Assembly (NCBI RefSeq): GCF_964204645.1
Contig: NC_134034.1
Span: forward strand, 868,001 to 932,000
DNA length: 64,000 nucleotides
Direction of reading: 5' to 3'
Origin: Tubulanus polymorphus
Taxonomy: Eukaryota; Animalia; Nemertea
Numbering within the stretch: the first letter of the stretch is position 1; each line of letters begins with the position of its first letter. The notes beneath the pieces are model-generated. The model was given only the letters and a program-made list of their open reading frames with translations. It had not been told where the DNA came from and did not search any database. A program made the translations under genes and the position numbers. Shown one piece after another: positions 23,786 to 35,898 of the stretch.

Positions 23786-25425
23786 TCAATTTCTGAATTC
23801 ACAAACAAGGTTGTAAGTATGATCGTTACAATCGCGAGTCTTCAGTAACCCGTCCGCGGTGCTATCGTCCTTTTTGATCGCCACGCAATGTTGATCGATC
23901 TCTTCCGTATCGGACGGTAACCATAGCGACGCTTCGACGACCGGGCCAGTTCCGTTGAACCATCTCATGTCCGCCTGTTGTATAGTAGCGGCTCGCGCCG
24001 ACAGCCAATAATCGCCTAAGAAACAAATGATAAAACCATCAATTATGAAAAAGGGGATTTGCAGTATATTAGAATGTCCCTATTATAACCAATAAACCTA
24101 ACTAACACTAGCGCCACGTAGTGGTTAAGCGATCTACTAAAGTATTTGTGCTTACAGGTAAAAGTGGAGTTTCAGAGGCGGATTCAGAGCTTATATTGAG
24201 AGGTAGCACCCGACAAGAAGGGCAATAACTATTTCAAGGAGGCACTACCCACGCGTAACGAAAGGGGGGTCTGTTGGCCCTCCCCTACGAAAATTTTTAA
24301 AACTAAACCCCTGCAGATGAGATTTCCAAGGATTTGAGCTTGTTTCAACCAACGAAAGAATTAGAGGGTAGCACGTGTCCCAGGTGCTACACCTTGTATC
24401 CGCGCTTGAGTTTAGGTGGCATATTTAGTTAATTATGGCCAGGGATACGTACACAATTATCGCAATATCGTTCCAATCAAATATTAATAAATTAACGGAT
24501 TGAATTGTTTTTACCCGTCAGATCACGAAGTAGCTCGTTCAACTTCTGCACTTCCGGTGACGTAGTCATTGACGCGAGGGTTTTCCCCTCTGATTCGCAC
24601 AGCTTTGCCGCTTCTTCCATATTGGCGACGCTTTGCTCGATCACAAAATATTTAACTGTTCCAGGTTCGCTGATCTTCTACAACATTACGTACATCATAC
24701 CTCAGAGGTTATTTGTTATTTTGTAAGTAACTTATTGACCAATCGGCTTTCGTTGTTAGGACAGTCTTTGTCTTTCAGAAACAAATGATGATCAATCTTG
24801 AATTGGTTTTTGCAGTTGGGGCTCAATTTTATGTCTCAGCCATTTCATAAACAGTCACTAACAACCTGGCGCTACTTCCCTCAATTTCAATTGTAAATGA
24901 ACTATATTCATTAAACTGTTTTGAAAACAGCGCATAGAATTGAGTCTTAACCACACTACTCTCTTAGTTTTGAAAATGGCTCGTAGACTTAAGTTTTTTA
25001 AGAGATATTTTACAAACTAAGACAGTAGTGACGTTTAGACTCGATTCTTTGAGCTAAACTTTTTACGGAAAGCAACAATTTCTGAAAATCAATTTTCACA
25101 AACTTACCTGATAATGAGCGACAGTGGCGCCGCCTGATGGTTGATAATCGTTCATACCATTGAGCATCGTCTCCTTATGGGTCAAACATTCACCAGTGTT
25201 GCCACCTTGCGAGGGTTCAGTGAACACAATCCCAACGCATGCCAACACCTGGACGCAGGCCATAGCGCATTCGGTTACGCTAACCACTTGCGTTTTGGTC
25301 AAGGTCGCCGCGGAGCTGACGACTTGGTTATCGCGTTTAAACATCGCAACACGTGACTCCAAAGCCTCGCTATGGAGTACAATATACCACGTGATCGACA
25401 GCCACAACAAAGCAGCCGAATCCAT
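23786..25425 (-). CDS. Secreted PAN/Apple + C-type lectin-like domain protein, 3 exons, ~236 aa
   Basis: Exons 25108-25425, 24515-24677, 23786-24015. Signal peptide; PAN motif SVTECAMACVQVLACVGIVF...C; CTLD motifs EAAKLCESEGKTLASM, YWLSA, MRWFNG, HCVAI, RDCND, LVCE. Confidence 0.85.
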
Positions 25426-26739
25426 CGTAGAATTGAACCTGGATTTAAATCGAAACCAGGCCGTCGTGAACCGGTTTTAACCTGTATCTTATATCAAATC
25501 TATTCGCCTACTTCAAAATAAGGCGGCCATATTGGAATCCTTCTCCAAGTCCCGCGAGAATAGGGCAAAATCCTGCTGTCAGAGCCCCGATTTCTCGCTC
25601 ATAATTTGGACAAATTGGAGCACGATCTCCATCATGGCCGTCTTATTGTACCAACCTATAAATCTAAAATGTCGGCTCTCGTCGCATTCAAAATAACCGC
25701 ACCAGAGTAAATACCGCAGCAACAGAGACAGACGATATGTCACTTTTCATTAAAAGCACACACAGTTAAGTAGAACGCACACGCGATCACAAACAAATCA
25801 ACAAAACTATTTTATAGATTTTATAAAAGCTTTCGATTGTGTTCGCCGCGCTAAAAGTGATATAGAGTGTGAACTCCCAGCACGGTTCCATCATCAAGAT
25901 ACCCGGGACACATTGAACGATAATAACCCTTTTAAGCTTATATGAAATGATGCTTTGTTTTCCATTCGTGCATTTTCTAAGGGCCAGTAAGGGTTTATTG
26001 CGGTTCCTTTTTACCGAATGATCTTATTTGTGTTTTTAGCCATAGAAACACGGTATTTCTTTAGAAACCATCACTGGCACGCGAGATCACTTTGCGTCAT
26101 AGAAATGGGACGTTTCTAAAAACTACCACCGGCAGGCAAGGTCGCTGGGCCTAATTGGGCGTTTTAAACCAACACTGCCATTCGCGAGGTCACTGAGCTA
26201 TAACCGAACTACCACTGGTAGGCGAGGTCGATGAGCCACAGATATATTGGATACTTCTACCCCCATATAGACAGACGACAGAAGTTTTTTCTTAAGATTT
26301 AATTTTCTGTTCGCAGTCAACCCGAAAAATGGTACTAGGTGGGTAAATGAACTAATATATCTAGAATGGATGCCAGCTGCACCGTGGCGCCACTGTCGCG
26401 ATAACCATAGATAGAAACAAAGATATCAGTCAAATGTAGGCTAAATGAATAAAGCTTGTTTTATTGAACGAAATTTGTAAAAGTTTTATAGATATTGAGC
26501 TATCATTATACGTAGGACCATATATGACGTCACAAATAGACCTCCCTCGTGGTCACCAATCAGCCAATCAAATTCATTCATTTCTAGTTTATTAAGTTAA
26601 TGATGATGATGATGAAATAGCCAAGTCATTTCTAACATTGATTGTGACTTTGAGGTAATAAAACGAATCATTGCTGTTTTTTTAAGATTTTCTACCGTCG
26701 CCACCAGATGGCGGAATAGTGGTAGTTATGAATTGATGT

Positions 26740-28537
26740 TTACAGTTGACAAATGGCTAGCGGCATGAACTGCTTGAACTCTTCGAAACTGAGTTTGCCG
26801 TCGTTATTCGTGTCGCATTCCTTAACTTTCTTCCGTAGAGCGTCGGCCAATTCGGGGCTGATGTTGAGTTCTTTAGCGATTTCGTCGACGGTCAGTTTGT
26901 TGTCATCATCCTTATCCGCTATGTTGAACATATGTCTGTATTGAGATTCCTTGTCCTGACTGGAATGGAAAGTATCAAATAGAAATCCAATCTTCAAAAT
27001 CGTGCTATCTAGAAATTCTAGGTAATTCTCTTTATTTAAATCAACTCAATATCTGGAACATCTCTGTCTGAACGCACTTCTGACACTGAGACCTTCCCCT
27101 ATACATGGAACTCTACCATAACGTTGGGTCCCCCAGGGTACGACCCCTCCGATCTTGAACCCCTGAGCACTGACACAACCCCTCCAATCTAGAACCCCCC
27201 AAGCTCAATATCTGGAACACCTCTGTCTGGACGCACTTCTGACACTGAGACCTTCCCCTATACATGGAACTCTGCCATAAGGTTGAGTCGCCCAGGGTAC
27301 GACCCCTCCGATCTTGATCCCCTGAGCACTGACACAACCCCTCCAATCTAGAACCCCCAATTTTTGTTGCAAACCCCTCCAATTTAGAACCCCCAAGCTC
27401 TGTTGCAAACCCCTCCGATTTAAAACCCCCAAGCTCTGTTGCAACCCCTCCGATCTAGAACCCCCAAGCTCTGTTGCAACCCCTCCAATTTTGAACCCCT
27501 CAGCTCTGTGTTGCAGTCCCTTAAATCTAGAACCTCTCTGTTGCAACCTCTTCAACTTAGGAGCGTTAACTAGTTGTTCCAGATTGATGAGTTATTTTGG
27601 GCATACGTACACGTGTAAGGCCGCGAGGAATTCTTTTTTACTGACACCGCCCCTTTGATCCCTGTTCATAAATTCGAAATACTCCTACAAAATATAAAAA
27701 AAACAACCATCGATCTAGCAGAAGTAGATTAAAAAAAAAAAACTAACGTAAACCTCAACTATATCGGTGAACTCGAGACTTTTGATCATCTTGGACTGAT
27801 TTACCAGAAGTAGATGCCATCGTTAAACTAGACTATTGTTACGTGTGTGTACTACCGTTGTGCCGATCTGAACGGGTCGGATGTCGACCTAGTCGGGTCG
27901 TATGTCGACCTAATCGGGTCGTATGTCGACCTGAGCTTACATTTATATCAATGTTATACTACTAAGTATTTTGTTCATGTATTTTGAAGGTTGAAATTCC
28001 CCAATTAGTTTTTTACCTTTGCCTGGCATGGATTTTTGAACATTTTGACACACTCATCCAAGCACAGCGTACCGCTTCCATCGAGGTCCTTCTCATCGAA
28101 CAGTTTCAATAGTGTATCGCATCTTTTTCGATCCGTCGGAGACAGTTTCAACTTGTCGCCTTCAAAACAAGATCATATAAACATTAACAGAGCGAAAACG
28201 TAATCTTGATATCATAAACGAAACAGTTAAGTCGTTATCTTTCGCACTCTCTCTAAATTGTAAAAACTGTAAACTCTCAATTGTAATAGCGGCCTCCGTA
28301 GCAAAACGGAAAATGGAAACTGTTAATTGTAAATCTAAAACTGTAAATTGTAAATGCAGAACTTTTACTTGTAAATGGTAAACATTTACTTGTAAATGGT
28401 AAACATTTACTTGTAAATGGTGAACATTTACTTGTAAATTGTAAACAGTTACTTGTAAATGGTAAACAGTTAATTGTAAATGCATGACTGTTAATTTCAA
28501 ACCTACCGGTAGTTTTGACAATTTCGTCGTTACTCAT
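26740..28537 (-). CDS. EF-hand calcium-binding protein (calmodulin-like), paralog A, 4 exons, ~155 aa
   Basis: Exons 28507-28537, 28017-28159, 27611-27684, 26740-26959. Loops DLDGSGTLCLDE, NRDQRGGVSKKE, DKDDDNKLTVDE, DTNNDGKLSFEE. Confidence 0.88.
27040..27560. repeat. Intronic ~160-bp duplication plus ~35-bp tandem repeats
   Basis: CTCAATATCTGGAAC...CCCTCCAATCTAGAACCCCC occurs twice, followed by GAACCCCCAAGCTCTGTTGCAACCCCTCC units. Confidence 0.85.
28310..28495. repeat. 21-bp intronic minisatellite
   Basis: TTACTTGTAAATGGTAAACAT repeats; source of the VYHLQVN repeat ORF. Confidence 0.85.
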
Positions 28538-29254
28538 TTTGATTGTTTTTTGATGAAGACCTCAGACGTACAAGCAGAAAGTAATATCCCCGGCGAATGT
28601 CGTAAATCAGGGCGTTGTTACCAGTTTTGTAATAACGGCGGCGGCGGGCACCTGTTCAAGTGGTACTCCCGACGACATACGTCACCCACATCACCTATAG
28701 AAACTTCACAATATGTATAGTTCTAGAAAAAGTGAAACAAGTTTGGCTTTGTGTATGCATTATTTGTTCGAAATCGGTTTCTATCGTCTCGTTGCATCAT
28801 AAACCGGGTTGCAGTAGCGAGAACAAATGCGACAGAACGAGAAATCGGTTTGAGTCAGCGGACACCGGAGGTTTATTCCGCTATGGGAAAAGTCGGTATG
28901 ATCTTGCGAACCCCCGGCGAACGGTTTAGTCGGTTTACGCCTAACCTAAGACACCGGTTTATGAAAACCCGTTTATGAAAAGATATGAAGAAAGACGATT
29001 TTCCTATAAACCGATACGGTTTGTGCAAACCGATTTCAAACAAATGCGCCTCTGTACATGGTAGACTCTAATGTCGTTAAAATCCAGGGCCCGGTTGTGT
29101 AGACTGGTATTACCTTTAACCCGTGGGCTAACTAAATAGAAAATAAATTAAGTTAACCCCCGGGTTAAAGGTAATACCAACAAAACGGCTCCAACAAAAT
29201 GTGTAACTTCTCATGCGCAACTCAAAACATAGATGATCGGACAGTAAAATCAGC

Positions 29255-29390
29255 ACCAGCCCTAAACATAACCCTAACAGGACTCGAACCTGCCAACTCC
29301 AGAATGCTAGCCATGCACACTAACGACTAGACCATAGAGGTACCTGAGCTTGAATGTTTGTCTGGACTGTGTGGTGACTGGTGACAGTTA
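29255..29390 (-). mobile_element. Dispersed repeat family A copy (tRNA-like + TTAGGG-like)
   Basis: CCCTAAC...GGACTCGAACC...ACTAACGACTAGACCATAG...TTTGTCTGG is homologous to 3985-4160. Confidence 0.7.
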
Positions 29391-31041
29391 AGATAGTTGA
29401 TATAGTGATGATTGATTACTACACTGTCGTCAACCTATTTATCGGGGGCCCAAAAACTGGTAACCGTGGTAACAACACTGTTTACTTATCAACTGTAAGC
29501 TTGCTTTCTTCACCAAGAACGTTAGTGTCTGATATACCAGGGTGGGAACTCTAGGATTGTAGAGCGATGGAGATCACTGTGGAGACGAACACATCTAGGA
29601 CTCGGATGAAACTTAACCAACTTTCGAGCAACTGCGACTGTGGCCCATAATGGTTGTTTGCTAGTTGAGCAGTGCCCTCTGGCGGTAACTGTGGCTGGGC
29701 AGGCTATGTAAGCCTCTACAACGTGCTGTTTTTGTCTTTGTCAACGAGGATATTTTTGCGTGGCGAATTCTTCAAGAAATGTCGAGGCACATACTCGTCG
29801 ATATTTACCCGAACTAGTTGAAGTGTCGAGGAGACCTACTCGAAATTTAATTCGCGCGTAGACAAGTGAATTTGCGAATAACTCAGGTACTCGAAGAACC
29901 AGTCGCGATCGTGAGAATCAGGATAAGTGGCTGTTGAGATTCTCTATCGCGTCGCACTTTTAATCGAAACCACGATTTTTTATCCAGGGTTCATTTTAAA
30001 ATACCGACACACCGCCTGAAATAGAATTGTGCTCGAATTTTTTAAGGGGCAGTTTTGATACTGAGACCGACATGTCTAGCATACCTTAAAAATATTAAGC
30101 AGGAAGGTCTTCGCTTGTTTGTACAGTCGTGCTTAGGAATTACCTGTATACATATCTATCAAGGGGGGGGGACTTTGGTTCTGTGCAAAGTATCAATTTT
30201 TTGTTTGTACACGAGGGGCTACTTCGCATTTTCTTAGATCGATTTCCATAGTTCAGAGTTAAGTTTGACTCAAGATTAACTCACAACTGTGGAACTGGAT
30301 CCTGAGTTCAGAGTTAACCTAACACGCAAACCGTAGAACTGCATCAAGAGTTCGGAGTTGACTCTAACATATGCCATCGGAATGGTTAGATTCCAATCCT
30401 TATTCCTAAGACTGAACTTCGCCAATACATTCAATCCATTCGGAAACTTTGACCCAGAATTTCCAAGCAAAATGGATTAAAGAAAGTTCAGATAAGTTTG
30501 GATTCCTCCTGTAGTGCATTGTAGATGGTACATTTGTATTTTTATACCTTGCATGTTTTTAAAACGTCTTTATTTTTCTCCTTTTTAAGAAATATTATTT
30601 TCTTCCTCCGTTTATCAGAGATTAAATTAAAAGAAAGTCAATGAACTTATCTCACTTCTGATGGATGCGAGCACCGTGGCGCCACAGCCGCGAAAACCAC
30701 AGATAAAGACAAAGATTTCAGTCAAATGTTGGCTAAATGAATATAATGTTTTATTGAACTAAATTTTGTATATAAGTTTTACGGATAACCATCTATTAGA
30801 ATATATCGGACCTATATGACGTCATAAATACGTAGACCTCCATCGTAGTCAACAACCAGCCAATCAAATTCATTTTTCTAACCACCCAGTTCATGGTGTT
30901 AACATCATTACGACTTAAAGCAATCATTAACATCGATTGTGACTTTCAGGTAATGGAACGAATTATAATTGCTTTTTTAATACATTCCGTCAGACGGCGG
31001 AAGAATAGAATAAGTAATATGTAGCGGTAAGCTATGTTTAA

Positions 31042-32797
31042 TTAATTGCGTTTTTGGCCCGCCTTTCCGCTGACGGACATCTTCATGAACGTCTTGAACT
31101 CCTCGAAGTCGAGTGTGCCGTCTTTGTTCGCGTCGAAATGATCCATCACTAACCTCTGAACGCTGTCTGTAGTTTCTTGGCTACCGTTTAGTTTGCCCAG
31201 GAACTCTTTCATTTCTTCCAGTGTCAACTTGTTGTCGTCATCTTTATCGCACTTGTTGAACATTTGTTTGTATTTTGTTTCATCGTCGTGACTGTAACAG
31301 AAACAGATGATAGTAATATCAATGGCAATAGCAATGTGAGTGTCAATGTAAATGGGTACATGGCAATAGCAATGGCCATGCCAATGGTAAGGGCAATGGC
31401 CATGTCAATGGTAAGGGCAATGGCTATGTCAATGGAAAGGGCAATGGCTATGTCAATGGTAAGGGCAATGGCTATGTCAATGGTAAGGGCAATGGCTATG
31501 TCAATGGTAAGGGCAATGGCTATGTCAATGGTAAGGGCAATGGCTATGTCAATGGTAAGGGCAATGGCTATGTCAATGGTAAGGGCAATGGCTATGTCAA
31601 TGGTAAGGGCATTGTAATTGTCAATGTTTATATCGATGACAATGGCAATTTAAAGGGCAATGTCGATGTTAATGGCTAGGACAAACGCTTCAACTTGAAA
31701 CCCCTTTAACTTGGAACCCCTTTAACTTGGAACCCTTTAGCCCTAACGCACCCCTCTAGGCCTATAGGCTGTTCCGATAGATATCAATGATAGTTACGTA
31801 CAAGACAATAACTTCGAGGAACTCCTTTTTGCTGATGCCGTCTTTCTGGTCCAGATCCAAAGATTCGAAATATGCCTGCCAAATATAGATACAACACCGA
31901 CTGTAAACAATCACATAACGATTTCATGAATTGATTTAGATACCACAATAAGTTTATCCGAAGTTATCCGTGTTTTACCATATTCAAAATGAATGGGAAG
32001 TGCTCCTATATCGCAACGCTTAAGACATTTTATCATGTTTATGTGTTTCTGAAGTTGCTTGAAATAGAACAATAGATTTCGTTCTCTGGACCCAGTTTCA
32101 CAAAAAAGTTTCACTCAAATTTTTGGTGTAATTGCTATTGGTTACTTCATGTTTTCAATGAGGACAACAATTCAAACTTAACCGTTTTAGGCTTAAACCT
32201 TTTCGTGAAACTGGGCCCTGTTTCCCCTTCTCCTCCTCGTCCACTGGGATATTCCCGAACTGGTTTTCTTACCTTTCCTGTGGCTTTATTACCGAACATC
32301 GCCTCGCATTCTCCTACGCTCAGCGAACCGCTGCCATCAGTGTCCGTCTTATCAAACAGTGACAATAGACCTTCGCATCTTTTGCGATCGCTCGGATTCA
32401 TTTTCTTCTTTGAATCTTTAAAGAAACATCAAGATCATCATTCGTAACAGGTATATATTAGAGTATATAAATTGAAGATTGTTAACTGTTTACTGTTATC
32501 CGTCAACTGTTATCTGTTATTTGTTAACTGCTTACTGTCAACTTTAAACTGTTTACTTTAAACTGTTTACTTACTGCAGGAAACTGCAATCATCATTCGT
32601 AACAGTAATATATCAAGTTAGGTAGACGGAAGATTGTTAAACGTTTGTTAACTGTTAACTGTTATCCGTTAACTGTTCTCTGTTATTTGTTAACTACTAA
32701 CTGTTAACTTAAAACTGTTAAATTTAAACTGTTAACTTACTGCAGAAAACTGTAAAAACCTACCAATAGCATCGATAATTTCTTTGTTCGTCGGCAT
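31042..32797 (-). CDS. EF-hand calcium-binding protein, paralog B, 4 exons, ~166 aa (in-frame upstream ATG at 32941 would add 48 aa)
   Basis: Exons 32764-32797, 32273-32415, 31802-31875, 31042-31291. Internal exon sizes (143 and 74 nt) are identical to paralog A. Loops DTDGSGSLSVGE, DLDQKDGISKKE, DKDDDNKLTLEE, DANKDGTLDFEE. Confidence 0.88.
31360..31620. repeat. 24-bp intronic minisatellite
   Basis: GTCAATGGTAAGGGCAATGGCTAT, about 10 copies. Confidence 0.95.
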
Positions 32798-34276
32798 TTT
32801 GGTTTTTTTTTCGGGGAGATGTTCGGTGGTAGGTCCTAGTGAATGTCGCGAAGACGCAATGTACACGAAGGGCGTTGTTTCGAGTTTAATATCGGCGACA
32901 GCGGCGGCGGGCACCTGTTGAAGTGGTACTCCCGACGACATACGCTAAGTGCAATCCAGATTTAAACCTATTGCAACTTCACAAGGTATAGTTCTAGAAA
33001 AATGAGGCCGGCTCTGTGTAAACATTTATACATAGAGTCATAATGTAAATAATGTAAATGTGTCGATATTGCTGCAAAAATGGAATTTTCGATCCATGAC
33101 CAAATGAGGCAGCTCCGCCAACAGAGACTACGCCAGGCACGTCTATTGTACTAGACCCTGAGTTCAGAGCTAACCTCAACTTACAACTGTGCAACTGGAT
33201 TCGTAGTTTCGAATGAGGCCCTATTTTTTACTGATCCTGAATTCAACTCTAAAATTACTGTGTAAATGAATCCACCGTTTCTAGAATTAAATGAAATTAG
33301 TTCATAATGTTTGTACAGACTGTGTTGAATATCTTAGTATTTTCTGGAAGTAGCAATGGTGCGATGGCGTATTAAATAGCCACACAAAATACTATTTGGT
33401 GTGGGCCACATTTTATGTCGACCTTTCACAAAAACAATTCGACAAGGTTCCTGTTCACAACAATCAGCACAGATAATTGTTGCCACGAAAACGGATGATC
33501 GAAATTACTACGAATTCTATTTCGAATTGAAATCATGTTGAAATATGAAGAAATCGACACGACAAACCCCTTTTACATTTACAGCCTCAGAGTATTCCAC
33601 CCAGACTACTTCTACCGATGCGCGGCGCACTGGAAACGGAACTAGGCGCACATTCGCGAAAACATTAGGTACGTATTAACCTAGTTTAGATCCTACCGAG
33701 AAAAATATCAGAGGCTTCAAATTGATTTTCAGATCTATTTTTCACCAAGAACCTTAGTGTTTGTTGTACCAGGTGTCTTAGTGTCTGTGGGGGTACAAGG
33801 CTCGTAGAGCGCGGAAATCACTGTGGTGACAACCACTGCCAGGGCTGGGTGAAATCTATATCAACTTGTTTCAATTTCACTGAGAACCTTAGTGTCAGTG
33901 GTATATCGGTTCACGCGAGCTCTTAAGTATAGGCAGTATACGGAGCTCCGCGAACCGGCCATTCTCAGGACTGGGTGAAGTTTCAATGGAAATTTTACTT
34001 GAGAGGGTCAGATAACCTGATTTTTACCTTACTTAGTATTTAATCTTGGTAGTACATGCCTGTAGATCTTAAAAGGTCCTACAAAGACGGGCAGCTAAAA
34101 TGAAACATTTATCAATTCATTTTTTGCTTTGATGGATAGATTGGTAATTTGTTCACCCAGTCCAGGAAGTGATTGTCTCCACAGTGATATCCATCACTCT
34201 ACGATCCAGTGTCGTGGTACATCAGACACTTAGGTACTTTCGGGTGAACCATGAACCTTGTTTTAGCAACAGTTCA

Positions 34277-34388
34277 GGACCCAGTTCCACAGTTGTGAGT
34301 TCGAGTTAACTCAGAGATAAAGTTAGTTTATTTTCAATGAGTTAACTCAGAGTTAAATCTTAACTCGGAACTGTAGAACTGGACCCTG
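34277..34388. mobile_element. ~110-bp MITE with TIR GGACCCAGTTCCACAGTT
   Basis: Terminal inverted repeats with internal GAGTTAACTC palindromes; relatives at ~30240-30365, 33150-33260, 43295-43520 and 56582-56722. Confidence 0.75.
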
Positions 34389-34519
34389 GTATTCCAACAG
34401 AAAGACGCATTACCGGAAGCCAAGCAGCATCAGCAGCACTGACTCCAATCGACCAGACGATCAGTCTATTAACAAGACGAGCTCGACAACGAAATATTCA
34501 ACAAATTCTTCACCAGGCT

Positions 34520-34638
<119 letters not shown>

Positions 34639-35898
34639 TACTGACGATACGTCATACAGTAAGAAGAGCTAACATGAATACCAGGGGCTGCTAAGTTGGT
34701 CAAGAGTTGGTAAAAGATAACCGACGGATAAATGCCATAGTAACAATGAACTGGTCACTGTGTCAACTATCCACTTGTAAACTACAACCAACATTTCAAC
34801 AACTGCAGCTCCTGATCTGGTTAGGATCCGGTTTCACAGTTCACAGTTCAAGATTTGACTCTAGGTTCAAACTTTTACTAATGATTCAAATTTTAACCGA
34901 AGACTGTGGAACTTGATTCTGATTGGTCAGTTTAAATCGACCGTCGAATACTGATCTCTTACCATTGTTTGATTAAGTTGAAGGTCATTTGAATAAAGAA
35001 GGCAGAATTAAAAACCACAAAAATATCTTCCCGACGAAACGACGAATTTCTCCGGACTATGTCGGAGATGGCGACGACGACTTGTGCGCATCATCCGGTG
35101 CACAGACTCGGTCACAGGTCCATACTCATTCCCATACACTACGAGCTGGTCAGTTGATGAAATCTCAACCGAATCTGATAAAACCCGTCCAGCGCCCGAG
35201 ACACAGCCACAGCGAGTCTCTATGTAAGTGATACCCACTGGCGCACCTGGCGGATCCTCGATTGCCACAGTAAGACTATAAAATTTAGTATTCTCTAGTC
35301 GCAGGCAGCTCGTGCTCTGATTGGTCAGATGTCGATGAAGAAGAACTCGCCATTTATTCTATGCATAGTTCACCGGAAGCTACACTTATAGACGAGACGC
35401 ATGCGCGGCAACCGAAACAGTTGAGTATAGAATCAGACCTTTGGTCTCTGGACCCAGATCCTGGGTCAAATAATGTTCTTAAAACCAATAGTCCTGATTC
35501 TCGTGGGATGCTATTTATAAAACTTTAAAACTTTAAGCTCAACACGGGCAACGATTCAATAAACTATGTTTTGTTATAATTGTTTTTTTAGTACGATCGA
35601 CAAGTGCGTGCAAGTGCGAATCATGTCTCCACCTATCGGCACAACTGTGAACGAGAGTGCTACTGGCCAGGTAAACACTACACGTCACAGTCGTTTCTTT
35701 CGTTGAGACGCGGTCTGAAATAGTACCGTACGTTTTAGATATGGATTCGTCGACACATCTTTTAGTAATGTTCTTCTCGATAATTCATTTTTCTTCACGT
35801 AGCTTATTTTTTCAACGATTGGAGTTTGATTATAAGAATTACTAAATTTGAAAAATTACTTTTCCGTGGGAAAACAATCACCGCAAAAAAGGAAAATA

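Noticed and set aside
31264-31617. (MAMSMVRA)n ORF
   Set aside because: 24-bp minisatellite inside an EF-hand gene intron.
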